Assembly: GCA_963710955.1 (NCBI GenBank)
Contig: CAVQCK010000001.1
Coordinates: forward strand, 204,920 to 268,919
Direction of reading: 5' to 3'
Length of the DNA stretch: 64,000 nucleotides
Source: an uncultured Actinomycetes bacterium
Lineage (GTDB): Bacteria; Actinomycetota; Thermoleophilia; Solirubrobacterales; 70-9
The translations under genes and the position numbers were made by a program. The notes under the pieces are model-generated. The model was not told the DNA's origin, did no database searches, and saw only the letters and a program-made list of their open reading frames with translations. This document shows positions 17,613 to 26,432 of the stretch, one piece after another. Numbering within the stretch: position 1 is the first letter of the stretch; each line of letters starts with the position of its first letter.

Positions 17613-17887
17613 GCGACAAGCCGGACGTCTACGTCTCCGGCGCCGGGGAGCCGGTCGGCCGCGCGGCCGCCGGCGCCCCGGGGCGGAGCTCTGAGCAGAT
17701 CCGCTCGGACATCGAGCGCCAGCGCAACGAGCTCGGGCACTCGGTCGAGGCGCTGCGGAACCGCGTCGCCGAGCTCACCGACTGGCGCCGCCAGGTCCGC
17801 GAGCACCAGCGCGAGCTCGCCATCGGCGCCGCGATCGTGGGCTTCACGATCGGCGCCAGGATGATGCTGCGCCGCCGGCGGCGCTAG
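17609..17887 (+). CDS. DUF3618-like protein
   Basis: SEQIRSDIERQRNELGHSVEALRNRV plus a C-terminal TM helix. GTGA overlap with the previous stop. Confidence 0.65.
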   Translation: MSDKPDVYVSGAGEPVGRAAAGAPGRSSEQIRSDIERQRNELGHSVEALRNRVAELTDWRRQVREHQRELAIGAAIVGFTIGARMMLRRRRR

Positions 17888-17930
17888 CCCGGCCGCTCAC
17901 TCAGCGCGTCCGGTTCCGCGCCTAGTGTCA

Positions 17931-17951
17931 AGCAGGTGAACGGCACCTGCT
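17931..17951 (+). terminator. Perfect 8-bp hairpin AGCAGGTG-aacgg-CACCTGCT after the DUF3618 gene
   Basis: Seen in sequence. No U-tract. Confidence 0.35.
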
Positions 17952-17988
17952 GCTGCCGGCGCCGTACGGCACCGGCCTCACACCCCTG

Positions 17989-19077
17989 ATGGACACGTCG
18001 CAGGTCTCGTCCCGCGCGGTTGCCAGGGTCGTGCTGGTCGCGGCCGCCGTGGTCGCCGTTCTGTACTTCTCGTACCTGATCCGAACCGTGATCGGGCTGT
18101 TCCTGATCGCGGCCTTTCTGGCGATCGCGATCGCGCCGGCCGTGAACTGGCTCAACCGGCGAAAGGTGCCTCGGTGGGTCGCGATCCTGCTCGTCTACCT
18201 GAGTATCGCCGCCGGCATCTTCGGCATCGGCCTGCTGATCATCCCGCCGCTCGTCACCGGGGTTGAGAGCCTCTCGAGCAACCTCCCGGGATACGTCAAC
18301 GACCTGCGCAACAACCAGACCTTCCGCGACTACGACAATCGGTACCACATCACCCAGAAGCTGAAGCAGCAGGCGAAGCAGCTCCCCAACAAGCTTGGAG
18401 AAGCCGCCGGGACCCTGCGCGACGTCACTGTCGGGGTCTTCTCGCGATTCGTGCAGCTCTTCTCGATCCTCGTCATCGCCTTCTTCCTGGTGAAGGACGG
18501 GAATCGATTACTGGAGTTCTTCTACAAACAGATCCCCGAGGAGCGAGCGCGCCGGTTCCGGAAGATCGCCGGCGACATCTCTGACGCCATCTCGGGCTAC
18601 GTGTTCGGCAACTTCGTGATCAGCGTCCTCGCGGGGCTCGTCACTTACGTGACGCTGCGGATACTCGGGGTTCCGTTCGCCTTACCGCTGGCGATCCTGT
18701 TCGGGTTCTTCGATCTGATCCCGCTCGTGGGCGCGACACTGGGCGGGATCCTCGTCGGCATCGTCGTCGCATTCGCCGCGGACTTCCCGATCGGGCTGAT
18801 CGTCTGGGCCGCGGTCCTGATCCTCTACCAGCAGGTGGAGAACAACCTGATCCAGCCGTTCGTCTACGGCAAGGCGGTGCAGCTCCATCCGCTGATCGTC
18901 ATCGTCGCCATCCTCATCGGGGCCGCGCTGCTCGGGGTGCTGGGCGCCCTGATGGCCATCCCCACCGCCGCGGGGATTCAGGCCGTCGTGCGCGACTACT
19001 GGCGCTTCAAGCACCCCGAGCAGGAGCCACCGGCGGCCGGCGACTCGCCGGCCGAGGTTCCGGCCGAGGCCGGCTAG
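17989..19077 (+). CDS. AI-2E family transporter (PerM/UPF0118)
   Basis: 362 aa, polytopic, with family-like FFDLIPLVGATLGG and LIQPFVYGKAV segments. Confidence 0.9.
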   Translation: MDTSQVSSRAVARVVLVAAAVVAVLYFSYLIRTVIGLFLIAAFLAIAIAPAVNWLNRRKVPRWVAILLVYLSIAAGIFGIGLLIIPPLVTGVESLSSNLPGYVNDLRNNQTFRDYDNRYHITQKLKQQAKQLPNKLGEAAGTLRDVTVGVFSRFVQLFSILVIAFFLVKDGNRLLEFFYKQIPEERARRFRKIAGDISDAISGYVFGNFVISVLAGLVTYVTLRILGVPFALPLAILFGFFDLIPLVGATLGGILVGIVVAFAADFPIGLIVWAAVLILYQQVENNLIQPFVYGKAVQLHPLIVIVAILIGAALLGVLGALMAIPTAAGIQAVVRDYWRFKHPEQEPPAAGDSPAEVPAEAG

Positions 19078-19373
19078 CGGAGCTGGTCCCCGGGCGCCGC
19101 CGCGCTCGCCTCGATCTCGCTCAGCGCGACGTACAGGGCATGGTCGGCGGGCCGCTTGGGGACCGCCGGGTGGGAGCTCGAGCGCTCGTGGCTCCGGATG
19201 GCCGCGGCGAGCGCCCCATATCGCCGTCGCGCCCGGCTGAGGCCGGTTGGAGCCACCTCGGAGAGCTCGATCGGGAGCTCCTGGGTGGGGGGCGTGTCGA
19301 GGCCGACCGTCGCCACGCCGTGGTCGATTGGGCCGGCTATCTCCTGGTTCAGCTGGCCACCTGTCACCCGCAT
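19074..19373 (-). CDS. Hypothetical protein
   Basis: ATG at 19373 preceded by AGGAAGGAG. The TTG at 19412 used by the track looks like a TTGACT -35 box instead. Confidence 0.45.
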   Translation of the reverse strand: MRVTGGQLNQEIAGPIDHGVATVGLDTPPTQELPIELSEVAPTGLSRARRRYGALAAAIRSHERSSSHPAVPKRPADHALYVALSEIEASAAAPGDQLR

Positions 19374-19475
19374 CTTCAGCTCCTTCCTAAGTTTGTTGAG
19401 CAAGTTAGTCAAGATAACACGTGAGCGACGTGAGCGCCGGGCGGGCCTCGGCTAGTCATCAGCTCGAAGCGGGGG

Positions 19476-20357
19476 TTAGCTGAGCAGCGCTCGCGGCACG
19501 CCGCCCGTGCCGATCAGCCCTGGGCCGACGTGCGCGCCGATCACCGGCCCGACCTCCGAGACGAAGATGGGCTCGGTGCCGAACAGCTCGCGGCACTGCT
19601 CCACCAGGCGGTGTGCGGTCTCCGGGTCCTGGATGTGCTGGACGACCCAGCCGTCCGCGCCGTCGTCGCGGCGCTGGCGCGCGTAGTCGACCATCCGCTC
19701 GAACGCGCGGCGCCTGGTGCGCACCCGCTCGACGGGCGTGATCTCCTCGCCCAGGGTCAGGATCGGCTTGATCTGGAGCGCCGAGCCCAGCCATGCCTGC
19801 GCGGCCCCGATCCGCCCGCCCTTGCGGAGGTACTCCAGCGTGTCGATCGCGAACCACATCTCCAGCTCGTCGCGGGCGCGTTCCGCCGCCGCCAGTGCGC
19901 CGGCGCCGTCTGCGCCTCGCTCCGCAGCCGCGGCCGCGGCGAGGACCACCATGGCCTGGCCGCCGCAGGCGGAGCGGCTGTCGTAGACCTGGATGCGCTC
20001 GCCGCCCTTTCCTTCCGCGGTCAGTCGCTCCTTTGCCTGCGACGCGGACTCGCAGGTGCCCGAGATCCCGGCGGAGAGGTGGATGGAGACGACGTCCCTG
20101 CCATCGGTCAGCAACGGCTCGTACACGGCGCAGAAGTCGCCGACCGATGGCTGCGAGGTGGTGGCGCCCTCGGCGCTGGCGCGCAGGGTCTCGAAGAACT
20201 CCGCATAGTCGGCTCCGGCGATCTCGATCTCCGGGCGTTGCTCGCCGTCGAGCGAGACGTAGAGGCTCACCCTCTTGATGTCGTGCTGCGAGACCAGCTC
20301 TTCCGGGAGATAGGCCGTCGTATCGGTGACGACGGCGGTCTTCGCGTCGGCGGGCAT
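19476..20357 (-). CDS. DegV-family fatty-acid-binding protein
   Basis: 293 aa, DegV-like over its whole length (TAVVTDTTAYLP, TSQPSVGDF, HLSAGISGT). Confidence 0.9.
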   Translation of the reverse strand: MPADAKTAVVTDTTAYLPEELVSQHDIKRVSLYVSLDGEQRPEIEIAGADYAEFFETLRASAEGATTSQPSVGDFCAVYEPLLTDGRDVVSIHLSAGISGTCESASQAKERLTAEGKGGERIQVYDSRSACGGQAMVVLAAAAAAERGADGAGALAAAERARDELEMWFAIDTLEYLRKGGRIGAAQAWLGSALQIKPILTLGEEITPVERVRTRRRAFERMVDYARQRRDDGADGWVVQHIQDPETAHRLVEQCRELFGTEPIFVSEVGPVIGAHVGPGLIGTGGVPRALLS

Positions 20358-20427
20358 GCGCCGGTTCTATCACTTCCTCCCGAAGGTCCCGGAGCGAGCG
20401 CCTGCCCGCCGCCTCTACCATCGGGCC

Positions 20428-21486
20428 GTGGGCAAGACTCTGGTTACCGGCGGGAGCGGTTTCGTCGGCTCGCACGTCGTCCGCGCGCTGGCCGAGCGTG
20501 GCGACGACCTGCGCCTGCTGGTCCGGCGCGGCTCGGGCCTCGATCACCTGTCGGACCTCGACTTCGAGCGCTCCAGCGGCGACGTCATGGATCGCCGGGC
20601 GGTCAGCCGGGCGGTGAAGGGCGTCGATCGGGTCTTTCACATCGCCGGCAGCACGTCGATGCGCCCCCAGCATCGCGACAAGGTGTTCGACCTGAACGTG
20701 AAGGGAACGCGGATCGTCCTCGAGGAGAGCCTCTCCGCGGACGTCCAGAGGGTGGTCTTCACCTCCTCGGTCGCGGCGGTCGGCCCCGCCAGGCCGCGCG
20801 GCACGGCCGACGAGACGCAGCCGTTTCGCGCGGGCTCGCTCGGCATCACGTACGTGAACTCGAAGCACGAGGCCGAGGTGGAAGCGCTTCGGCTCGCCGC
20901 GCACGGGCTCCCCGTGGTGATCGTCAACCCGTCGTTCGTCCTCGGCCCGGACGATCCCAGGGGCACGTCGATGGAGCTGGTGCGGAGATTCCTCCTGGGC
21001 CGCATCCCGGCCTACGTCGACGGCGGCCTCAACATCGTCGACGTCCGCGACGTCGCCGCCGGTCACCTGCTGGCCGACGAGAAGGGCGAACCGGGGGAGC
21101 GCTACATTCTCGCCGCGCGCAACTTCACGTTCGACCGCCTCTTCGCCGACATGGCCCGCCTCTCGGGCCGCGAACATGCCCCGGTGAAGCTCCCCGGAGC
21201 ATCCACCCTCCTCGCGGTCGAGCTGATGGTCCGTGCCGGGATTCCCATTCCAATTGCCCCCGACGAGGTGCGCTCGGCGAACTGCTGGTGGACCTACCGG
21301 AACGCGAAGGCCCGCAGGGAGCTCGGCTTCGCCCCCCGCCCCCACGAGGAGACGCTGGAGGACGCGGTCCGCTGGCAGATGGACCAGCTCGGCGACCGCG
21401 TCAGGAGGAGCCGAGGCCCGCAGGAGGTGGCCTTGGCTGCGATGGCCCCGTTCATGCGGCTCGGCGAGCGGGTACTCCCGCGATGA
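20428..21486 (+). CDS. NAD-dependent epimerase/dehydratase (dihydroflavonol-reductase / HpnA-like)
   Basis: The GTG at 20428 gives VGKTLVTGGSGFVGSHVVRAL. Earlier starts would overlap the DegV 5' end. Confidence 0.85.
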   Translation: MGKTLVTGGSGFVGSHVVRALAERGDDLRLLVRRGSGLDHLSDLDFERSSGDVMDRRAVSRAVKGVDRVFHIAGSTSMRPQHRDKVFDLNVKGTRIVLEESLSADVQRVVFTSSVAAVGPARPRGTADETQPFRAGSLGITYVNSKHEAEVEALRLAAHGLPVVIVNPSFVLGPDDPRGTSMELVRRFLLGRIPAYVDGGLNIVDVRDVAAGHLLADEKGEPGERYILAARNFTFDRLFADMARLSGREHAPVKLPGASTLLAVELMVRAGIPIPIAPDEVRSANCWWTYRNAKARRELGFAPRPHEETLEDAVRWQMDQLGDRVRRSRGPQEVALAAMAPFMRLGERVLPR

Positions 21487-21857
21487 CGGAAATCGTGCTC
21501 TACCGCTGTCCCACCCGCACGAACGTCCTCTGCCCCTGCGGCGGGGTCGCGCGGCGGCTCGGAAAGCTCGAGCTCTCCTACCGGACGGAGCGAGTGCCCT
21601 ACAAGCGGGCTTCCCGCCCCGAGATCGAGGAGCTCACCCGCCAGCGCCGGGTGCCGGTGCTCGTCGACGGAGACGAGGTGGTCAGCGACTCCAAGCGGAT
21701 CATCCAGTACCTCGAGTGGAAGTACGGCTCCGACGAGGAGGAGCCGGAGAAGGAAAAGCCCGAAAAGCCCGAAAAGCCCACCAGGAAGGGGAAGGAGAGG
21801 GAGCGCAGGCGCGTGCTCCACAGACGTAAGGCGAAGGCGGGCAACGATGACGGTTGA
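21483..21857 (+). CDS. Glutaredoxin-like / GST N-terminal-fold protein with a Lys/Glu-rich tail
   Basis: ATGA overlap with the upstream stop. Contains a CPC motif and RRVPVLVDGDEVVSDSKRIIQYLE. The tail is EKEKPEKPEKP. Confidence 0.65.
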   Translation: MTEIVLYRCPTRTNVLCPCGGVARRLGKLELSYRTERVPYKRASRPEIEELTRQRRVPVLVDGDEVVSDSKRIIQYLEWKYGSDEEEPEKEKPEKPEKPTRKGKERERRRVLHRRKAKAGNDDG

Positions 21858-21880
21858 GCTGGCCTATACAATCTGAAGCG

Positions 21881-22252
21881 ATGGATACTCCTGAGACGGC
21901 AGTTCAGCTGACCGACAAGGCCGCCGGCAAGATCAAGGATCTGATCGGCTCCAACGACAGCGCCGATGAGCAGGCACTCCGCGTCGCGGTTCGCGGCGGC
22001 GGCTGTTCCGGCTTCCAGTACGCGCTCGCCCTCGACCAGCCCAAGTCAGACGACCACGTCTTCGAGCACCAGGGCGTGTCCGTGGTGGTCGACAAGGTGA
22101 GCATGCAGTTCGTCTTCGGCTCGGAGGTCGACTACGTCGACGGCCTCCAGGGCGCCGGCTTCGTGGTTAACAACCCGAACGTCGTCGCCGCATGCGGCTG
22201 CGGATCCTCGTTCCAGGTCCGCGAAGACGCCGCCGAGCAAGCGGCCGTCTAG
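21881..22252 (+). CDS. HesB/IscA-family iron-sulfur cluster insertion protein
   Basis: LRVAVRGGGCSGFQYAL and C-terminal CGCGSSF. A TACAAT -10 box at 21867-21872 sits 8 nt before the ATG. Confidence 0.85.
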   Translation: MDTPETAVQLTDKAAGKIKDLIGSNDSADEQALRVAVRGGGCSGFQYALALDQPKSDDHVFEHQGVSVVVDKVSMQFVFGSEVDYVDGLQGAGFVVNNPNVVAACGCGSSFQVREDAAEQAAV

Positions 22253-22308
22253 GCCCTCCGCCCGACACGGGCGACGCAACTTCGCGGAAGGGGAGGGGTT
22301 TAGTGGGC

Positions 22309-23619
22309 ATGCAGGGAGTCAGGCTCAGGCGGGTTGCCGCAATCATCTGTGTCGGGATCGCCGCGGCCAGCGCCGCGACGGCGCTTGCCTCCGGCGGCGC
22401 CGGAAGCCTCGATCGGTCCTTCGGCCATCACGGCAAGGTGCTGACGCGGTTCAAGCACCGGAACGGTCGCCAGAGCTTCGGCCACCACAACCTCGTGCCG
22501 CGCGCAAACGCCGTTCTCGTCGATTCAAAGAATCGCGCGGTCGCCATCGGCACCGCTGACGGGAAGTTCGCGCTGGCCCGTTACAAGCCAAGCGGCAGTC
22601 TGGATCGTTCCTTCTCGGGGAACGGCAAGGTGACGACGCAGGTGAGCGCTAATCACAAGCGAGACGAGCGCCTGAGCCGGGCTTACGCCGGTGCGATCGA
22701 CTCCCACGGGCGCATCCTGGCGGCGGGCGTCGCCTTCGGGGATCTCTTCGGAGAGCGGATTGGCCTCGCCCGCTACAAGCCGAACGGTCACCTGGACCGG
22801 TCCTTCGGCGACCACGGCGAGGTCAGGACCTTGATCGGGAGCAAGTACGGGGGCGACTGGGCTCAGGCGGTCACGATCGACCCCGACGGTCGTATCGTCG
22901 TCGCCGGCACCGGCCCCCCGGGCAACTCCTGGATGCTGGCGCGCTATAAGCCGAACGGCAAGCTGGACCGGTCGTTCGGCGCGCACGGCACCATCGCGAC
23001 TCCCTTCACCGATTACGACGGGGCCCTGTCGATCGCGATCGACTCGCAGGGGCGGATCGTCGCTGGTGGGTTTGCCAAGCGGGACCTCGCTCTCGCCCGA
23101 TACGAGCCCAACGGAAAGCTCGATCCTTCATTTGGCGACGGAGGCAAGGTCCGGACCAACTTTCCGGGACAGGCCTCGGCCAACTCGATTGCGATCGATT
23201 CGCAGGGGCGCATCGTTGCGACGGTGGACTCGCGGGAGCCGGACAAGGTCCGCCGGTTCACAGTCGCCCGCTACTCCGAGGACGGCTCGCTGGACGGCTC
23301 GTTTGGCGACGGCGGCGTGGTGACCACCGACTTCCCAGATAGCAGCGTGGCGCAGGACGTCGCGCTCGATAAGAGCGGACGGATCGTCGTCGCCGGTCGC
23401 GCTTCGAGTCCCGGGCACAGGAAGTTCGCTCTCGCGCGATACCTGCCGGACGGGGAACTCGACCCGGCTTTCTCCCACGACGGCAAGACGATCACGACCT
23501 TCGGCAGTGCCAAGGAGGTCCAGGCCGCGAACGGGGTGGCGGTCGATCGGACGGGCCGGATCGTGGCTGCCGGGTATGCGCGTGGCAAGTTCGCGCTCGC
23601 GCGGTACGTGGGGCGCTAG
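22309..23619 (+). CDS. Secreted delta-60-repeat protein (seven repeats)
   Basis: Signal peptide, then seven copies of the ARYxPxGxLDxSFGxxGxV motif at about 55-60 aa spacing. A GTG at 22303 is an alternative start. Confidence 0.75.
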   Translation: MQGVRLRRVAAIICVGIAAASAATALASGGAGSLDRSFGHHGKVLTRFKHRNGRQSFGHHNLVPRANAVLVDSKNRAVAIGTADGKFALARYKPSGSLDRSFSGNGKVTTQVSANHKRDERLSRAYAGAIDSHGRILAAGVAFGDLFGERIGLARYKPNGHLDRSFGDHGEVRTLIGSKYGGDWAQAVTIDPDGRIVVAGTGPPGNSWMLARYKPNGKLDRSFGAHGTIATPFTDYDGALSIAIDSQGRIVAGGFAKRDLALARYEPNGKLDPSFGDGGKVRTNFPGQASANSIAIDSQGRIVATVDSREPDKVRRFTVARYSEDGSLDGSFGDGGVVTTDFPDSSVAQDVALDKSGRIVVAGRASSPGHRKFALARYLPDGELDPAFSHDGKTITTFGSAKEVQAANGVAVDRTGRIVAAGYARGKFALARYVGR

Positions 23620-23637
23620 GTAGCGACCGGCCGGCGG

Positions 23638-24045
23638 CTACGCGCCGTCGACCTGAAGCGGCGGGCTCTGCTGCGGGTTCGCGGGAGCGTCCGGCTGTGC
23701 CGACGCGGCGGCAGCCTTGGGCTGCTCGACGCCGAGCGTCTCGGCCAACTCGCCGGACTCGAACATCTCCTCGACGATGTCGGCTCCGCCGACCAACTGG
23801 CCGTCGACGTAGAGCTGAGGGAACGTCCGCCAGTCGGAGATCTCGCCGGTCACCTCGCGGAGCGGGTCCAGGATCGGCAGGACGTCGATCGCCCCGTACT
23901 CCGTTCCCATCTGCTCCAGCACGCCGACCACGCGCATCGAGAACCCGCATTGCGGCGTCTCGGGAGTGCCCTTCATGAAGAGCAGCACGTGGTTCTCACG
24001 GAGAACCTCTTCCACCTTCTGCTTGAGCTCTGGATTCGCAGCCAT
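23638..24045 (-). CDS. Monothiol glutaredoxin (Grx4 family)
   Basis: LFMKGTPETPQCGFS (CGFS active site). ATG at 24045; the longer track ORF is Arg/Ser-rich junk. Confidence 0.9.
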   Translation of the reverse strand: MAANPELKQKVEEVLRENHVLLFMKGTPETPQCGFSMRVVGVLEQMGTEYGAIDVLPILDPLREVTGEISDWRTFPQLYVDGQLVGGADIVEEMFESGELAETLGVEQPKAAAASAQPDAPANPQQSPPLQVDGA

Positions 24046-24055
24046 TGGACTCACC

Positions 24056-24289
24056 TTAGCGACTCGGCCTTGTTGTAATCGAAAGGGCGTGGATCGAGCC
24101 GTCGTCCATGCGGGCCTGGACCGCGGCGCGCACCATCCGGTGCTGGTCGACCCGGCTCTTGCCCTCGAACTGGGGCGCGCGGACGACCGCCCGGAGATGG
24201 TCGCCGGACCCCGTCTCGTCGAGGACCTGCACCTCGGAGCCGGGCAGGGCCTCAACGATCATGCGCTGAATCTCGGTGAGATCGGCCAC
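24056..24289 (-). CDS. BolA-family protein
   Basis: VLDETGSGDHLRAVVRAPQFEGKSRVDQHRMV...IHALSI. The GTG at 24289 is 5 nt after the fprA-like stop. Confidence 0.8.
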   Translation of the reverse strand: MADLTEIQRMIVEALPGSEVQVLDETGSGDHLRAVVRAPQFEGKSRVDQHRMVRAAVQARMDDGSIHALSITTRPSR

Positions 24290-24294
24290 GGGGC

Positions 24295-25710
24295 CTAGCC
24301 GGACACCGTCGCGCCGCGGGCCGCGTCGAGCATCTCGTGGACGCGCACGAACTTCACGCGCGGGCGGCCCAGTGGCTTGCCGCGCTCCTGCTCGGCGGCG
24401 TCGATGCCCTGCCAGCCCTCGAAGGTCACATGGTCCGGGGCGCGCTCGTCGAGCAGCTCGACGATCGCCATCCGGTCGGCGGTCGCGGGCTCGGGAAGCC
24501 CTTTCCCGGCCGCGTCCTCGACGAGGCTGTCGACCGTCTCCTGCGCGTCCTTCTTGTTCGTCCCGATGACGCCGGAGGGCCCGCGCTTGATCCAGCCCAC
24601 GGCGTAGGAGCCGGCGACCTGGTCGCCGCTCTCGGGGTCCGTGACGCGGCCAGCCTGGTTCGGGATCACGCCGCGCCGGTCGTCGAAGGGGACGCCCTCG
24701 AGCCCGATGCCCTTGTAGCCGACGGCGCGGAAGACGACGCCGCACTCGATCGTCTCGCGCTCGCCGTTGTCGCGCGGGCGGATCGCCCCGGACTCGTCAC
24801 GATGCAGCTCGTTGCGGCCAACGACGATGCGCTCCACCTTGCCGTCGCCCTGGAGCTCGACGGGGGAGCGGAGGAAGCGCAGCACGATCTTCCGCGGCTT
24901 GCCCTCCGGCTCGCGCTGCGCGAAGTCGGTGAAGATCTCGACGTTCTTGCGGGTCGTGATGTCCGCGTCGTCGGACTCGAGGAACTCGCGGCTGAGGTCG
25001 TCCAGATCCACCTCGGCCGGGTCGATGTCGATGTCGGCGTCGATCATCTCGCCCAGCTCGCGGAGCTCGGGGTTGGTGAACGCCGCCTGCGCCGGGCCGC
25101 GGCGGCCGAGAACCAGGATCTCCTTGATCCCGTTCTCGGCGAGGGCGTCGATCGCGTGCTCAGCGGTGTCGGTGGCCTCGAGCTCCTCCCGGTTCAGCCC
25201 CAGCATGCGCGCGACGTCGGTGGCGACGTTGCCGTTGCCGATCACCACGGCGCGCTCGCAGGACAGGTCGAACTCGTGGTCGGCGAAGTCCGGGTGGGCG
25301 TTGTACCAGGCGACGAACTCGGTGGCCGCGTGGCTTCCGGGGAGGTCCTCGCCGGGGATCCCGAGGTGCCGGTCGGTGGGGGCGCCGTAGGCGTAGATGA
25401 CCGCGTGGTAGTGGTCGGCGAGCTCGGCGACGCTCACGTCCATTCCCACCTCGACGTTGCCGAAGAAGCGAAAGCCCTCCCGCGCCGCGGTCTTCTCGTA
25501 GACGCGGATGACCGACTTGATCTTCGGGTGGTCGGGCGCCACGCCGGCCCGTACGAGGCCGAACGGGGTCGGAAGGCGGTCGAAGACGTCCACCTCGAAG
25601 TCGAGGTCCTCGGAGCGCAGCAGGTGCTCGGCCGCGTAGAAGCCGGCCGGGCCGGAGCCGACGACGGCGACGCGCAGCGGGTTGCCGGATGTGCCGGGTG
25701 GGGGCGTCAT
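24295..25710 (-). CDS. Ferredoxin/adrenodoxin-type NADPH reductase (FprA-like)
   Basis: LRVAVVGSGPAGFYAAEHLL, PTPFGLVRAGVAPDHPKIK. ATG at 25710. Confidence 0.85.
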   Translation of the reverse strand: MTPPPGTSGNPLRVAVVGSGPAGFYAAEHLLRSEDLDFEVDVFDRLPTPFGLVRAGVAPDHPKIKSVIRVYEKTAAREGFRFFGNVEVGMDVSVAELADHYHAVIYAYGAPTDRHLGIPGEDLPGSHAATEFVAWYNAHPDFADHEFDLSCERAVVIGNGNVATDVARMLGLNREELEATDTAEHAIDALAENGIKEILVLGRRGPAQAAFTNPELRELGEMIDADIDIDPAEVDLDDLSREFLESDDADITTRKNVEIFTDFAQREPEGKPRKIVLRFLRSPVELQGDGKVERIVVGRNELHRDESGAIRPRDNGERETIECGVVFRAVGYKGIGLEGVPFDDRRGVIPNQAGRVTDPESGDQVAGSYAVGWIKRGPSGVIGTNKKDAQETVDSLVEDAAGKGLPEPATADRMAIVELLDERAPDHVTFEGWQGIDAAEQERGKPLGRPRVKFVRVHEMLDAARGATVSG

Positions 25711-25723
25711 GGGGCGCAGAAGG

Positions 25724-26425
25724 TTAGGCCAGTGCCGGCTCGGAGCGCGCGGTAGCGGCTCCGTCGAGTGCGTCGAGGGCCCTGGCGACGGACATCGCCA
25801 CGCAGGTGAAGATCGGGGTGTCACGCAGGGTGTAGGAGCTCGATTCCGTTCCCCGGAGCTCCTGCACCAGGTCGAGGAACTGACCCGGGTCGTCGGCCTC
25901 GAAGCTCACCACGAACTCCTGGTCGTCGATGCCGTACGAGTAGGCGGTGTTGATCGTGATCTCGGGATAGCGCCGACCGACCTCGATGTGGGCCTTCATG
26001 ATCCGCTGCCGCTCCTCGGCGGGGAGCGTGTACCACTCCCGCTTCTTGTCGAGGGGGTAGACGAACAGGTAGTTGCGTTCCGAGGTGCAGATCTCGGGCC
26101 GCGCCTCGGAGTCCGAGTACGGGGAGCGCTTCGTCATCGCGAGATAGGAGTGGGGGGTGGACATCCACTTCGCGAGCCCGCTCTGCGCGAGGACCACATG
26201 GAAGGTGTGGATGTCGTCGAGGCGCGGGCTCTGGGACAGGAGCAGGAGATCGGTGTCGCCGCGGGTACCTACCGTCGAGTAGGCGCGAAGCGAGCGGTCC
26301 TGGGCGAAATCGTCGCAGGCGGCGCGAAACTCCCGTTTATCCTCCGCGCGCGCCTCGGGATCGCGGCGCTGCCACGCGGGGTCGACCTTGAAGAACGTGA
26401 ACTTGGCGAAAGTGCGATCGGGCAC
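25724..26425 (-). CDS. hemQ: Chlorite-dismutase-family coproheme decarboxylase (HemQ/ChdC-like)
   Basis: Family-like over most of its length (EWYTLPAEERQRIMKAHIEVGRRY, VVSFEADDPGQFLDLV). The start is uncertain, either GTG 26425 or ATG 26500. Confidence 0.75.
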   Translation of the reverse strand: MPDRTFAKFTFFKVDPAWQRRDPEARAEDKREFRAACDDFAQDRSLRAYSTVGTRGDTDLLLLSQSPRLDDIHTFHVVLAQSGLAKWMSTPHSYLAMTKRSPYSDSEARPEICTSERNYLFVYPLDKKREWYTLPAEERQRIMKAHIEVGRRYPEITINTAYSYGIDDQEFVVSFEADDPGQFLDLVQELRGTESSSYTLRDTPIFTCVAMSVARALDALDGAATARSEPALA

Positions 26426-26432
26426 CGTCGCG

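Noticed and set aside
19530-21857. 775-aa plus-strand ORF and the 628-aa minus-strand ORF 19459..21345
   Set aside because: Both are Arg/Gly/Pro-rich with no family similarity, and they overlap well-supported DegV and epimerase genes. Only the last 124 codons of the plus ORF (the glutaredoxin-like gene) are real. Long spurious ORFs of this kind are typical of high-GC DNA.
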